DNA of 64,000 nt from Zygnema circumcarinatum SAG 698-1b. Taxonomy: Eukaryota; Plantae; Zygnematophyceae. A program made the position numbers and the translations under genes. Shown here piece by piece: positions 13,379 through 24,956 of the stretch. Within the stretch, counting starts at the first letter, position 1, and every line of letters begins with the position of its first letter. The stretch covers positions 620,001 to 684,000 of the forward strand of contig CM074820.1 in NCBI GenBank assembly GCA_037447605.1, written 5' to 3'. A model generated the notes under the pieces. It saw nothing but the letters and a program-made list of their open reading frames with translations, made no database searches and had not been told where the DNA came from.

Positions 13379-13690
13379 GTTTCGTAATTCGTTTTTTCTT
13401 GTCAGCCAGTCACACGGCGATGCGCAGTTCACTCGGTCGATGGAAGGCCAATTTGTAGGTCAAAACGAAAATTGGGTCCCACTTCATTCAACTGGTTGAA
13501 GGAATGCTGCCCTTGCTCAACTTTGCTCATGTAACTTCACACAAGGGGACATTTTTTATTCAACTGGTTGAATGAAGTTGGATTAGGTTTTGGAGGGTGA
13601 AAACTCGACGCCTCAAGTTTCCAACCCAACCAGTTGAATGGAGTTGGACCATGGAATTACACCCTCAGAACCTACTCGGTATTACGTCAC
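13379..13690 (+). repeat. 312-bp direct repeat, copy 1 (copy 2 at 24087-24398)
   Basis: Near-identical by eye to 24087-24398, with one visible difference (gtaattc vs gtacttc). Confidence 0.9.
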
Positions 13691-13711
13691 TAACAGTCAT
13701 ACGTCATATAC

Positions 13712-15614
13712 CGTCAACTACTGCGCATGCCACTTTGTCAAACCACACCTTGCAGCCTTCCTCGCAGATCTGACTCACAGAAAGGAAATTATTCTGCAGT
13801 CCTGGAGTGTGCAGCACATTCCCTACGGTCAATACTGCCCCTACACCCCCATTGAGTACCTCCAACTCGACCGATCCTCCTTGAGTCACCTGAACTCCAT
13901 CTCCAGTGGCAGAGTAGACAGACCGCGCATGCTGCAACGCCTTCTTCTCCACAAAGAGTGACTCATCCACGCACATATGCTTGGATGCTCCTGAATCAAT
14001 CAGCCAAGGTCTCAAGCCTGAATCCTTCACGTGGATTCCATTGACAAATTCTGAATACTCGCCTTCAGCAATCATCAGATTCTTGTCAGAATTGCCGTCA
14101 GGACAGTTTGCCTTGAAGTGGCCAAACTTCCCACATTTGTAACAAGCTCCTTTGACCTTCTCCTTTGCAGCCGGCCTAGAAGGCCCCGCTCCACTGGCAT
14201 CGTCCTTCTTCGGCTCCGTGCAATTGGTCCTCAGGTGTCCCAGCTTCCCACAATTGTAACAACTCAAGTTCTTCTTTGGGCCCGGGCCACCCCTTGCCCG
14301 CCTTGGGTCTCCCATCTCCTTTGGGCTTATGCTGACTCCATCTGAGCGCCAGCACCTTGTCAGCTTCTCCCTTAGCCTCCTTCTCCTTCTGAGTCTCATC
14401 ATCATCTTTCACCCTTCCCTTCAACTCGCTCACGGTTAGTTTTGTAACGGTGAGTAATGATTTAAGGGAAACGACTGTTAGCTCAAATCTCTTCGGTAGA
14501 CCCAACAGAAAGACACTGATCTGATGATCTTCGTCCAATGGCTTCCTAGCAATAGCAAACCTGTGCATCAAGCTATCGAACTTCTCCATATAATCAGTCA
14601 GTTCTTCATCTTCGGCCATTTTCAGCTTGCCTAGTTCTGAATATAAGTGGACAGCAGTTGTCTCAGACGGCCTATCATACACCTGCTGCAAACTTGTCCA
14701 TATTTCAGCACTAGTTTCTAGTTCTTGCAACGGAACTGACCGTGCATCACTCACGGTTATGGCAAAGAGGGTCTGAGCTTTCCTGTCCTTTCGGAGCCAC
14801 TCCTTGGCTTCTGCACCGGAGGTTGGTCTCTCCTCCGAGCCATCAACGACTCCAAAAAGGTCCTTGCTCAGCAGCACTTTCTTCATTCGCCACCTCCATG
14901 TCTTGTAGTTAGTGCCAGTAAACAACGGCACTCCAATCTTTTGACTGTCTCCACCTTCTGCCTGGTCCAGCGCTCTGATACCACTTGTTGAAACGGTGCC
15001 CCCTGACCTGCTGGAGGATGCCTCTGATGAGGACATCTCTCCACGCCTAGGACTAGGAGACGCCACCTTTGCGGAAGCACAAGATCTCACTCACAAAGCT
15101 TAAAACAGCCCCAAGCAAAGAATGAAAGACAGAACAGAAAGAAATGAATTAAGAGAAAGCACAACGGCCTAAAACTCTTAACTTTCAGATTGAAGTACAA
15201 GCGTGCAGCAAGAGCCCCTCCCCTGCACCTCTACTCCACTACAAGACTACCACCCTCAAGCTGTGAGGCTCCACCACATTCCGGCAAGCTACACCTACTG
15301 CTTCTCGCAGTCTACACTCAGGGTTAAGTCTCAAAGTTCTCCCTCTTAACTTATACTTCGCCCAAAGCAACAACCATGGGCGACTACTAACCCCGCACTA
15401 GCACACACTAAGAGCGCACTAGCACACACTCAGCGCTGATTTCGCCACGCGTCTGCGCCTGCACGTCTGTCACGTCACGCGCCTTTGTTTCGCGCCTGTC
15501 ACGTCACACGCCTTTAGTTGCGCGCCGCGCCACGTCGCGCGCCCTTAGTTGCGCGCCGCGCCACGTCACATCACTCCGCGCCATTTCGAACTCCGTCGCC
15601 ACAGCCGGCCGTTC
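13712..15614 (-). mobile_element. Ty1/copia family A, copy 1: 5' LTR (truncated by gap), PBS, gag, protease
   Basis: LTR boundary at 14986; tRNA-iMet PBS TGGTATCAGAGC at 14972-14983 (minus); gag (PLFTGTNYKTWRWRM), two CCHC knuckles, protease WLIDSGASKH; frameshift in gag; truncated at left. Confidence 0.9.
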
Positions 15615-15624
15615 NNNNNNNNNN

Positions 15625-16071
15625 GGATATAGAGGGCTGAAGCGCCTTGCAGATGAGCAGTTAGTCAGAGGACTAGACTTGGAGGACGTTAAGGGAGAAG
15701 GACACGGAGTTTGCGAGAACTGTGTCGCAGGAAAAGCTCATAGGCGACCGTTTGGACAAAGAGCGGAGGCACAAATTTCTCGTGAGAGACTAGAGCTGGT
15801 GCACACGGACTTGTGTGGCCCCGTGTCCCCTACAAGTAAAGGTGGGGCAAGTTATTTCATCTCTTTTCTTGATGACTGCTCAAGGAAAGTATGGGTGAAA
15901 TTACTCACTAAGAAATCGGAAGCCTTTGATGCTTTTAAAGAGTGGCAGCTGCGGGCTGAGAGAGAGACAGGATTGAAGTTGAAGACTCTTAGGTCTGACA
16001 ATGGTGGGGAGTACACCTCTCATCAGTTCAGAGACTACCTGAAGTCCCTAGGAGTGAAGCACNNNNNNNNN
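15625..16071 (+). mobile_element. Copia family A integrase fragment between gaps
   Basis: CENCVAGKAHR, LVHTDLCGP, LRSDNGGEY; reverse complement of part of 21487-21863. Confidence 0.85.
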
Positions 16072-16081
16072 NGTGCGTGAG

Positions 16082-16316
16082 CTTGTGGTTGAAGGAAGAA
16101 TCGTTGTAGCTTATGTTGGCACGAAAGACCAGGCAGCAGACATGCTCACAAAAGGGGTCAATGGAGAGACGTTGTGGAAAAACAGCATGCTCTTAGGATT
16201 GGGGCCTCAAAGGAACTAAGTACCAAGAGGGGGACCAAAAGGACATATGTCGGTATATGGTATGGTATGGTATGGCAGTAGTATAACAGTCATACGACTC
16301 ATACGTCACACTAACA
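16082..16316 (+). mobile_element. Copia RNase H C-terminus, polypurine tract and 69-bp TG...CA LTR-like end
   Basis: VRELVVEGRIVVAYVGTKDQAADMLTK; AAGAGGGGGA at 16225-16234; TGTCGG...CACTAACA at 16248-16316. Confidence 0.65.
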
Positions 16317-16669
16317 CTTCTTCACGTGACTGGGGTGACATTGCCGCTGAAAGCCTCTGGGAAGGATCCATGGGACTTGTGCATGGAGTGCACTTGTCCA
16401 TTCTGAATTTAGCCAAGACATCCTTTGCATACTTCTCTTGACTAAGGAACAAACTGCCATCTGGCCCCCTCTTGAGCTGAATTCCTAATAAGTATTGAGC
16501 CTCCCCTAAGTCTGTCATCTGAAAGTTCTTCTTCATCAAGTCCTTCAAACTCTGAATGCTTTCCATGGAAGAACTAATAATGATCAGATCATCAACGTAA
16601 ATGCCCACATACAAAAGCTCTCTCCCGGTACCTTTGCTATAGACTGAGTGGTCCGATTGGAAGCGCTTG
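16317..16669 (-). mobile_element. Copia reverse-transcriptase fragment, interrupted at both ends
   Basis: KRFQSDHSVYSK...YVGIYVDDLII...MTDLGEAQYLLGIQ. Confidence 0.85.
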
Positions 16670-17784
16670 TGTAGCGAAACGCTACAGTCACCCCAAGGGG
16701 GAAGGGTTACTTAGAGCCCGGCGTGGCTTTATGTTTCCATCCAATGCAATACCTAACGGTTAGGGCATCGGATACCCTATAGGACGACGGAGGTCCTAGG
16801 TTCGAACCATAAGAACTGGTTCACCCGTGGGGCCGCCACATAATCTCTATGGGCCCCACGTCAGCGGCCAAGGTCCCCTCCTCTCAGCGTAGAGGAGGAT
16901 CACGGACTAACGGCACCACGGGACCAATCCGGTCTCGCGGTTGGATCTCGGGCCGCGGCCCGGATCCCCCTTTTGGACTTCTCCGTTCGTCCGTACAATA
17001 ACGGTTACCCGTTGGTACGGACAAGCTGACAGTCGGACCCCGCGCCGCGCGCGTAGGATCCGACCGTGCACTGACATACGGCGGCGCGCCGCGTCGCGGC
17101 GCACGCCGCGGAATGCGGCAAGCATTTGTACGTTGNNNNNNNNNNCTCGGAGACTACGCCCGTCCCTATGGAGGGGCCGAGTCCCGAGCCCACGGGTGAT
17201 CAAGGTCACCCGGAGAACACCGCCCCTCTCCCCACCCAACCGGAGCCCGTGGCTCCGGTAGAAGCCTCAACTGGGCCCTACCCCAGGATCGGGCCCACAT
17301 CACCGTGGGCGCGGCCCAGAAAATGAGAAACAGGATTGAGGATCTGGGGAAGAGTGTAAGGGAGCAGAACGTGAATACGTTGAGCTGCTCAAGGAAGGTG
17401 GACGACATGGAGCTCACGGTCCGCCGTCTGGTGGACACGCTCCAAATGGAGTTCCGGAGCCTTTCGGACAGGCTCCGAAGGATCGAGGAAGGTATGCCCC
17501 AACCCCCTCGTGCCGTAGAGGCAAAGGCGGGATGACCGTGTCCCGGGAAGGGGTTAAGTAAAACCATCTGCGCCGCCTCGTCCCCGACAGCTTCAACCGC
17601 TGCCTGGGCAACCGCGTGAAGTCCTGACCCCCGTTTTTCCATGGGGTAGTCACTCCACCTGGTGGAAGTAACCACCCAGCTAGTTGGGACCCCGCTCTGG
17701 GGCAAATTGCCAGCTGAGGGAGATCCCAGCCCCTGGATCGCCCCCAAGAACCTATCGAGGATACCCGACTAATCGGGCTAATAG
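16670..17784. mobile_element. Unclassified GC-rich insertion (probable LTR-element fragment) with Pro-rich/coiled-coil ORF end
   Basis: Starts TGTAGCGAAACGCTACA exactly where the copia RT ORF breaks; plus-strand Pro-rich then coiled-coil ORF pieces at 17146-17535; spans a 10-N gap. Confidence 0.5.
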
Positions 17785-20700
17785 TGTTAGTGTATGATAG
17801 TAGCATGTTTTGTTGGAACATTAGTTTTGTGTGTTTGTGTTGTGTGTTTCTTGAGTATGTGCGCCAAATTTTTCAAGTTAGTAGGCTGCACGGACATTTG
17901 GTCGGTGGAAGAGGTGGGCGCCCTGAGTCGGCACGTAGGGCGCCGACGACGAATCGGAAAGTGACGTGGCGCGGACGCCGCCGCTGAGCCAATTGAAGAT
18001 GTGGCGCGACGCTACACCCGCGCTGCTGACCGAAGCGACGCCGCGCGCGCCAACCTTTGATTGAACGACGCCTGACTTGACGCGAGCGCGGGCGCCAAAA
18101 TGTCGGCTGATTCATCACAAAATGGAGCGCCGATGTCGCAGGGCGTATGCACGACGCTGAGTTTTGACGCTGGGCCATCAATCTTGGAGGCGGGTCAGAT
18201 CCTCACGGGCGCGAAGACGGGATTAGCTTAGAGGCCGAAGTCGGATCTGACGGAGGGAAACGTGACGATCCGTGCAGGAGTCGACGCAGGACCGCACGCA
18301 GGATTAGGATCTGAGAAATCTTTGTGTCGCCAGCCGGCTGTGAGCTTCGTGAACATGGTAGTGTCACTTGATGTTGTGACATCGTATATAGTGTGTTGTT
18401 TTACTTGGTTGTAATCTTTACTGACATCAACGTAGCTATCAGAGACAGAAGTCGATGCTCGTGGTTGGTTTAACATTACACTCTGGTTTGTGTCATGGTG
18501 TAAGTGGGCTTTTGAGTTTATTGGGCTATTTGAGAGGGGGTCTCTCATTTTGTGTTGATAGTGATTTTCATTATTAAGGAGTTTTGGGGAGCTCTAGAGT
18601 TTTCCTATCCTTTTCTCTCCTCAAGTATTCCCTGTGCATATTCTCGAGAGGTTCACTCGTGAGTAAAATGGGCTATGAGTGAATGTGAGTTTGGGAAATG
18701 TCATCAATGATTGGAACGCTAAACCCGGCGGAAGGTGATGCGAAAGTGGAGAAGCCGGGTGCAGTGGAGGAGTCCCTGCACCAACAAGTGGTATCAGAGC
18801 TCATGGAGACTCGGAGGACCACGTCAAGTTCAGCATACCGGCGTTCGATGGGCAGGATTACAAGGCATGGAGATGGAGGTTGGTGCCTTTGCTTGTGGGC
18901 AAAGGGTTGCTTGGGTACGTTGATGGCAGCATCAAGGCGCCGGAGTTACCGGTTGGAGCCTCAGCGGAGCAGCAGTCGGAGCACGACGTGGCGCTCGCAC
19001 GATGGAAGGCCAAGGACAACAAAGCCCTGACGCAGATTGTTATGAGCGTAAGAGGAAGTCCATCCTCTATGCTGTATGATCTGAAAACCTCTCATGCTAT
19101 GTGGAAGTGTCTAGAGGAGATGTATGATGTGAAAGACAATGTGACTATAGTCAGTCTTTACACTCAGCTAGGCAAGATGAAGATGACTTCAGAGGAGAAA
19201 CTAGAAGCTTATATGGTCAGATTTGATGCATTGATGGAGAGGTTCATAGCCTTGGGGAAACCGTTAGATGCAGACCATAAGATAAGCCAGTTTCTAGGGG
19301 GTTTGCCCGGGAGATTCGAAGTTTCAGTGGCAGCCTTGAGGACAGTTCTGACTAATACCTCTATGACGCTTGAACAAGTTAAGCGTAGGATAAAGGAGGA
19401 GGATTCGATTCAGGATGTCGGCGGCCACGAAGAGAAGGTGCTCGCGTTGCACACTCGACCGAATCGAAGAGGAGGAGGCGCCCCGAAGTCAGCCCGAGGA
19501 GAACGCTCGAATGTGACATGCTTCACATGTGGCAAGACCGGCCACTACTCCAGCGACTGTTTCAAGAACAAAAGCAGTCCAGAGAAGGGAGGAAACGCGA
19601 CTTCATCCGGCAAGAAGGAGAAGAAGGCGTTCAGCGGCACTTGTTTCAAGTGCAAGAAGAGAGGTCACAAGAGTTCAGACTGCAAGGTAGCAGTTGAGAG
19701 CAACCTCATGCTGGCAGAGAATACTGAGCACGATTTTGTGNNNNNNNNNNGGCTGTGGCTAATTGACTCCGGCGCATCCACACACATGTGCAGGGACACA
19801 TCGATGTTCTCCAAGCTCGACAACGTGGAGAAGACAAACTCAGTCCATTCAGCAACTGGTGAAGGAGTCACCGTGACAAGAGGTGGAGCCGTGAGGATGG
19901 TCCTCGAAGACGGCTCAGTCATCAATGAAAAAGACATTGAGGAAAAACTGTCAATTGGTGATGTTCTTCACACCCCTGGCTTCATGCAGAATTTCATGTC
20001 TGTGAGCCAAGTGTGCAAGAAGGGATACAGTGTTCTGTTTGAGGAGAAGTCATGTGTGGCTATCCATTCAGAAACTAAGAGACAGTTATTCAGGGTTTAT
20101 GAGAGAGGAGGGTTGTATTATCTTGATTATACGAGGGAGAATCATGAGGAGGTGAATGCAGTTTCAGAGAATGCTGTAGAAGTATGGCATCGTAGACTTG
20201 GTCACTTACACCACAGAGGCATGAAGGTGTTGGCTGAAAAGGGGTTAGTCCGTGGGCTAGACCCGACTATAGTGGAGAAGAAGCTGGGTGTTTGCCGAGA
20301 ATGTGTGGAGGGCAAGGCGCACAGGAAACCGTTCGTGAGAAGTGGAGATGAGTCCTTTCGAGCGAAGGAGTGATTGGAGCTAGTTCATTCCGATTTGTGC
20401 GGGCCTGTTACACTGGCGACCAGTGGCGGAGCGCGGTGCTTCGTCACCTTCCTTGACGATTATTCGAGGAAGATTTGGATTACGCTCCTGAAGAACAAGT
20501 CAGAGGCTTTCAGAGCCTTTCGAGACTGGTTGAACCAGGCGGAGAAGGAGACGGGACAGAAGCTGAAGGCTTTTCGTTCGGACAATGGTGGCGAGTTCAA
20601 ATCGAAAGAATTCGCAGCGTTTCTGAAGAACTGCGGTATAAGGCATGAATTCTCAGTCCCCCTATTCCCCACAGAGTAATGGAGCAGCTGAACGTGTGAA

Positions 20701-21475
20701 TAGGATATTGGGGGACATGGCCAGGACCATGTTGATTGATTCCCCCTTTCCGACTTCCTTTTGGGGAGAAGTAGTTTCTACGGCTGCTTACATTAGGAAC
20801 AGATGTCCATCTTCTGTCTTGAAAAACCGGGTCCCTGAACAGNNNNNNNNNNATCTCCCTTGAAAGAATCAGATCTTTGAAAGAGTTGCTTCAGGCAAAT
20901 TTCAAAATGTCAGATCTGGGAGAGGCGCAGTATCTGCTGGGAATGCAGCTGAAGAGGGGGCAGGATGGAAGCTTGTTTCTATGTCAAAGGAAGTATGCTT
21001 CAGATGTGCTTGCCCGTTTCGAATGGAGGATGCTAGGCCGTGTTCCAGCCCCATGGAGATCGGCACTAGGCTTTCGAAGGAGATGTCACCTTCGTCGGAT
21101 GCGGAGGCACAAAAGATGTTCGGAGTGCCATACAGATCCGCGATTGGGAGTCTAATGTACTTGATGATCGGAACGCGTCCGGACTTGGCGAAAGCGGTGA
21201 GCTCGGCCAGCCGATTCATGGAGAATCCGGGCCTCGAGCATTGGGAGGCAGTGAAGAGGATTTTCAGATATGTGAAGGGGACGCTCGATTACGGAATCAG
21301 GTATGAGAGGGGGCCAACCAGAGTGATTGGCTATACAGACTCAGATTGGGGAGGAGATGTCGATACGTCACGCTCAACTTCAGGTTTCGTTTAGGACTCG
21401 GTGGCGTTATCGAGCACGGAGGGCGAGTACATGGGTGCTTGTCATGCTTCGAAGGAAGGAGTGTGGTTCATGCAG
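17785..21475 (+). mobile_element. Ty1/copia family B: ~1-kb 5' LTR, PBS, disrupted gag-pol, RT/RNase H fragments
   Basis: LTR TGTTAGTGT(17785)...CCAACA(18786); PBS TGGTATCAGAGC 18789-18800; gag with two CCHC knuckles, WLIDSGAS protease, GAG-pre-integrase WHRRLGH, integrase LVHSDLCGP/RSDNGGEF, RT/RNase H (YTDSDWGG, SSTEGEY). In-frame TGA at 20371-20373 and several frameshifts. Confidence 0.9.
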
Positions 21476-21486
21476 NNNNNNNNNNC

Positions 21487-24086
21487 ACCATTGTCAGACC
21501 TAAGAGTCTTCAACTTCAATCCTGTCTCTCTCTCAGCCCGCAGCTGCCACTCTTTAAAAGCATCAAAGGCTTCCGATTTCTTAGTGAGTAATTTCACCCA
21601 TACTTTCCTTGAGCAGTCATCAAGAAAAGAGATGAAATAACTTGCCCCACCTTTACTTGTAGGGGACACGGGGCCACACAAGTCCGTGTGCACCAGCTCT
21701 AGTCTCTCACGAGAAATTTGTGCCTCCGCTCTTTGTCCAAACGGTCGCCTATGAGCTTTTCCTGCGACACAGTTCTCGCAAACTCCGTGTCCTTCTCCCT
21801 TAACGTCCTCCAAGTCTAGTCCTCTGACTAACTGCTCATCTGCAAGGCGCTTCAGCCCTCTATATCCAAGGTGTCCTAGTCTGCGGTGCCAAAGCTGAAC
21901 TTTGGGATCCTCTGCAACTGCATTGACCACCTCAACCAGCCCCTCCCAATTTAGAAAGTAAAGAGCCATTCTTTTGCATGCCTCTACAAAGGGTCCTTCC
22001 GGTATTCTCGTCAACTACTGCGCACGCCACTTTGTCAAACCACACCTTACAGCCTTCCTCGCAGATCTGACTCACAGAAAGGAAATTATTCTGCAGTCCT
22101 GGAGTGTGCAGCACATTCCCTACGGTCAATACTGCCCCTACACCCCCATTGAGTACCTCCAACTCGACCGATCCTCCTTGAGTCACCTCAACTCCATCTC
22201 CAGTGGCAGAGTAGACAGACCGCGCATGCTGCAACGCCTTCTTCTCCACAAAGAGTGACTCATCCACGCACATATGCTTGGATGCTCCTGAATCAATCAG
22301 CCAAGGTCTCAAGCCTGAATCCTTCACGTGGATTCCATTGACAAATTCTGAATACTCGCCTTCAACAATCATCAGATTCTTGTCAGTATTGCCGTCAGGA
22401 CAGTTTACGCCCAAGTGGCCAAACTTTACATTTGTAACAAGCTCCTTTGACCCCTTCTCCTTTGCAGCCGGCCTAGAGGCCCCGCTCCACTAGCATCGTC
22501 CTTCTTCGGCTCCGTGCAGGAGTGGTCCTCAGGTGTTAGCTTCCCACAATTGTAACAACTCAAGTTCTTCTTTGGGCCCGGAGCCACCCTTGCCCGCCTT
22601 GGGTCTCCCATCTCCTTTGGGCTTATACTTTGACTCCATCTGAGCGCCAGCACGCCAGCTTCTCCCTTAGCCTCTTCTCCTTCTGAGTCTCATCATCATC
22701 TTTCACCCTTCCCTTCAACTCTCGCTCACGGTTAGTTTTGTAACGGTGAAGTAATGATTCAGAAACGACTGATGTAGCTCAAATCTCTTCAGTGGGCCAA
22801 CAGAAAGACACTGATCTGATGATCTTCGACCAAAGGCTTCCTAGCAATAGCAAACCTGTGCATCAAGCTATCGAACTTCTCCATATAATCAGTCAGTTCT
22901 TCATCTTCGGCCATTTTCAGCTTGCCTAGTTCTGAATATAAGTGGACAGCAGTTGTCTCAGACGGCCTATCATACACCTGCTGCAAACTTGTCCATATTT
23001 CAGCACTAGTTTCTAGTTCTTGCACCGGAACTGACCGTGCATCACTCACGGTTATGGCAAAGAGGGCCTGAGCTTTCCTGTCCTTTCGGAGCCACTCCTT
23101 GGCTTCTGCACCGGTGGTTGGTCTCTCCTCCGAGCCATCAACGACTCCAAAAAGGTCCTTGCTCAGCAGCACTTTCTTCATTCGCCACTTCCACGTCTTG
23201 TAGTTAGTGCCGGTAAACAACGGCACTCCAATCTTCTGACTGTCTTCACCTTCATGCCCGGTCAGCGCTCACAATTACCACTTGTTGAAAACGGTGCCCC
23301 TGACCTGCTGGAGGATGCCTCTGATGAGGACATCTCTCCCACGCCTAGGACTAGGAGACGCCACCTTAGCGGAAGCACAATATCTCACTCACAAAGCTTA
23401 AAACAGCCCCAAGCAAAGAATGAAAGACAGAACAGAAAGAAATGAATTAAGAGAAAGCACAACGGCCTAAAACTCTTAAATTCAGATTGAAGTACAAGCG
23501 TGCAGCAAGAGCCCCTCACACCTCTACTCCACTACAAGACTACCACCCTCAGTGTGAGGCTCCACCACATTCGGCAGACTACACCTACTGCTTCTCGCAG
23601 TCTACACTCAGGGTTAAGTCTCAAAGTTCTCCCTCTTAACTTATATACTTCCTTTAAAAAACAACAACCATGGGCGACTACTAACCGCACTAGCACACAC
23701 TAGAGCGCACTAGCACACACACTCAGCGCTGATTTCGCCACGCGTCTGTGCCTGCACGTCTGTCACGTCACGCGCCTTCGTTTCGCGCCTGTCACGTCAC
23801 ACGCCTTTGGTTGCGCCGCGCCCGTCACGCGCCCTTGGTTACTGCGTCGCGCCACGTCATCACTCGCGCCATTTCGAACTCCGTCGCCACAGCCGGCCGT
23901 TCACATTCGGTACGGACTCTTGTTCCGACGGCCTCTCGTTACTCGCGCCTCCGGTGTCTTTATGCACACCTCTGAACTCCTAGCTTGACACTAGTTCGAC
24001 CCTAGCTCTACCGCCTAGCCCTTCTAGACTCTTAAACAAACACATGCACTCACTAACTATGTACCACTAACTAATGTACACTAACA
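21487..24086 (-). mobile_element. Ty1/copia family A, copy 2: complete ~804-bp LTR, gag, protease, integrase N-part
   Basis: LTR 23283-24086 (minus TGTTAGTGT...TTCAACA); degenerate PBS; colinear with 13712-15614 but with many 1-2-bp indels. Confidence 0.9.
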
Positions 24087-24398
24087 GTTTCGTACTTCGT
24101 TTTTTCTTGTCAGCCAGTCACACGGCGATGCGCAGTTCACTCGGTCGATGGAAGGCCAATTTGTAGGTCAAAACGAAAATTGGGTCCCACTTCATTCAAC
24201 TGGTTGAAGGAATGCTGCCCTTGCTCAACTTTGCTCATGTAACTTCACACAAGGGGACATTTTTTATTCAACTGGTTGAATGAAGTTGGATTAGGTTTTG
24301 GAGGGTGAAAACTCGACGCCTCAAGTTTCCAACCCAACCAGTTGAATGGAGTTGGACCATGGAATTACACCCTCAGAACCTACTCGGTATTACGTCAC
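24087..24398 (+). repeat. 312-bp direct repeat, copy 2, abutting the copia LTR
   Basis: Begins at the first base outside the LTR (gtttc); matches 13379-13690. Confidence 0.9.
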
Positions 24399-24956
24399 GT
24401 CACGTCATGTCACAACGTCCCTTTCCAACGTGAAACCACGAGTGATTTTAACGGAGCTGTGACGGTAACTGTCACGGTACAGTCGCCTTTCGCTGCGCGC
24501 TGTTTTATGTGTTCACAGTTTAGCGTTGTTTTCGCATGGATCCCGTTTGGCTGTAATTCCTGTCAAGCTCTGTCCGTTCGCCACGTGGCGGCAAACGAGA
24601 GGCGGGTCACATCAATGGCTCTCGTCACGTCATGTCATGTCACGTCGGTTCACATCATGCGATGACGGCGGCGGCGCGGCGAGGCTTAAAGCAGTCGCGC
24701 TGCAGTGCCAAACGCAGGAGGGAGAGAGAGAGAGAGAGCGAGATAGGAGAGAAAGAGCGAGAGAGAGAGAGAGGATAGCGAGATAGAGAGAAGAGAGAGA
24801 GAGGAGAGTGAAAGAAGCGTCAGAGATCAGGTAGAAAGAGAGAGTGAAGGTGGCTGCACGTTTCAGTGGGAGCCATTAAGATTCGTGTACTGTGGGAGGA
24901 AGATAGACAAAGATATAGGGAGAGCGAGAGAGAGAGGGAGGGAGAGAGATTGGAAG

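Noticed and set aside
14270-14340. Possible programmed frameshift in copia A gag
   Set aside because: No slippery heptamer; the second copy has different scattered indels, so decay or noisy sequence is more likely.
18228-18548. Antisense ORF in copia B LTR
   Set aside because: Short, no recognisable motif, expected by chance in a 1-kb LTR.
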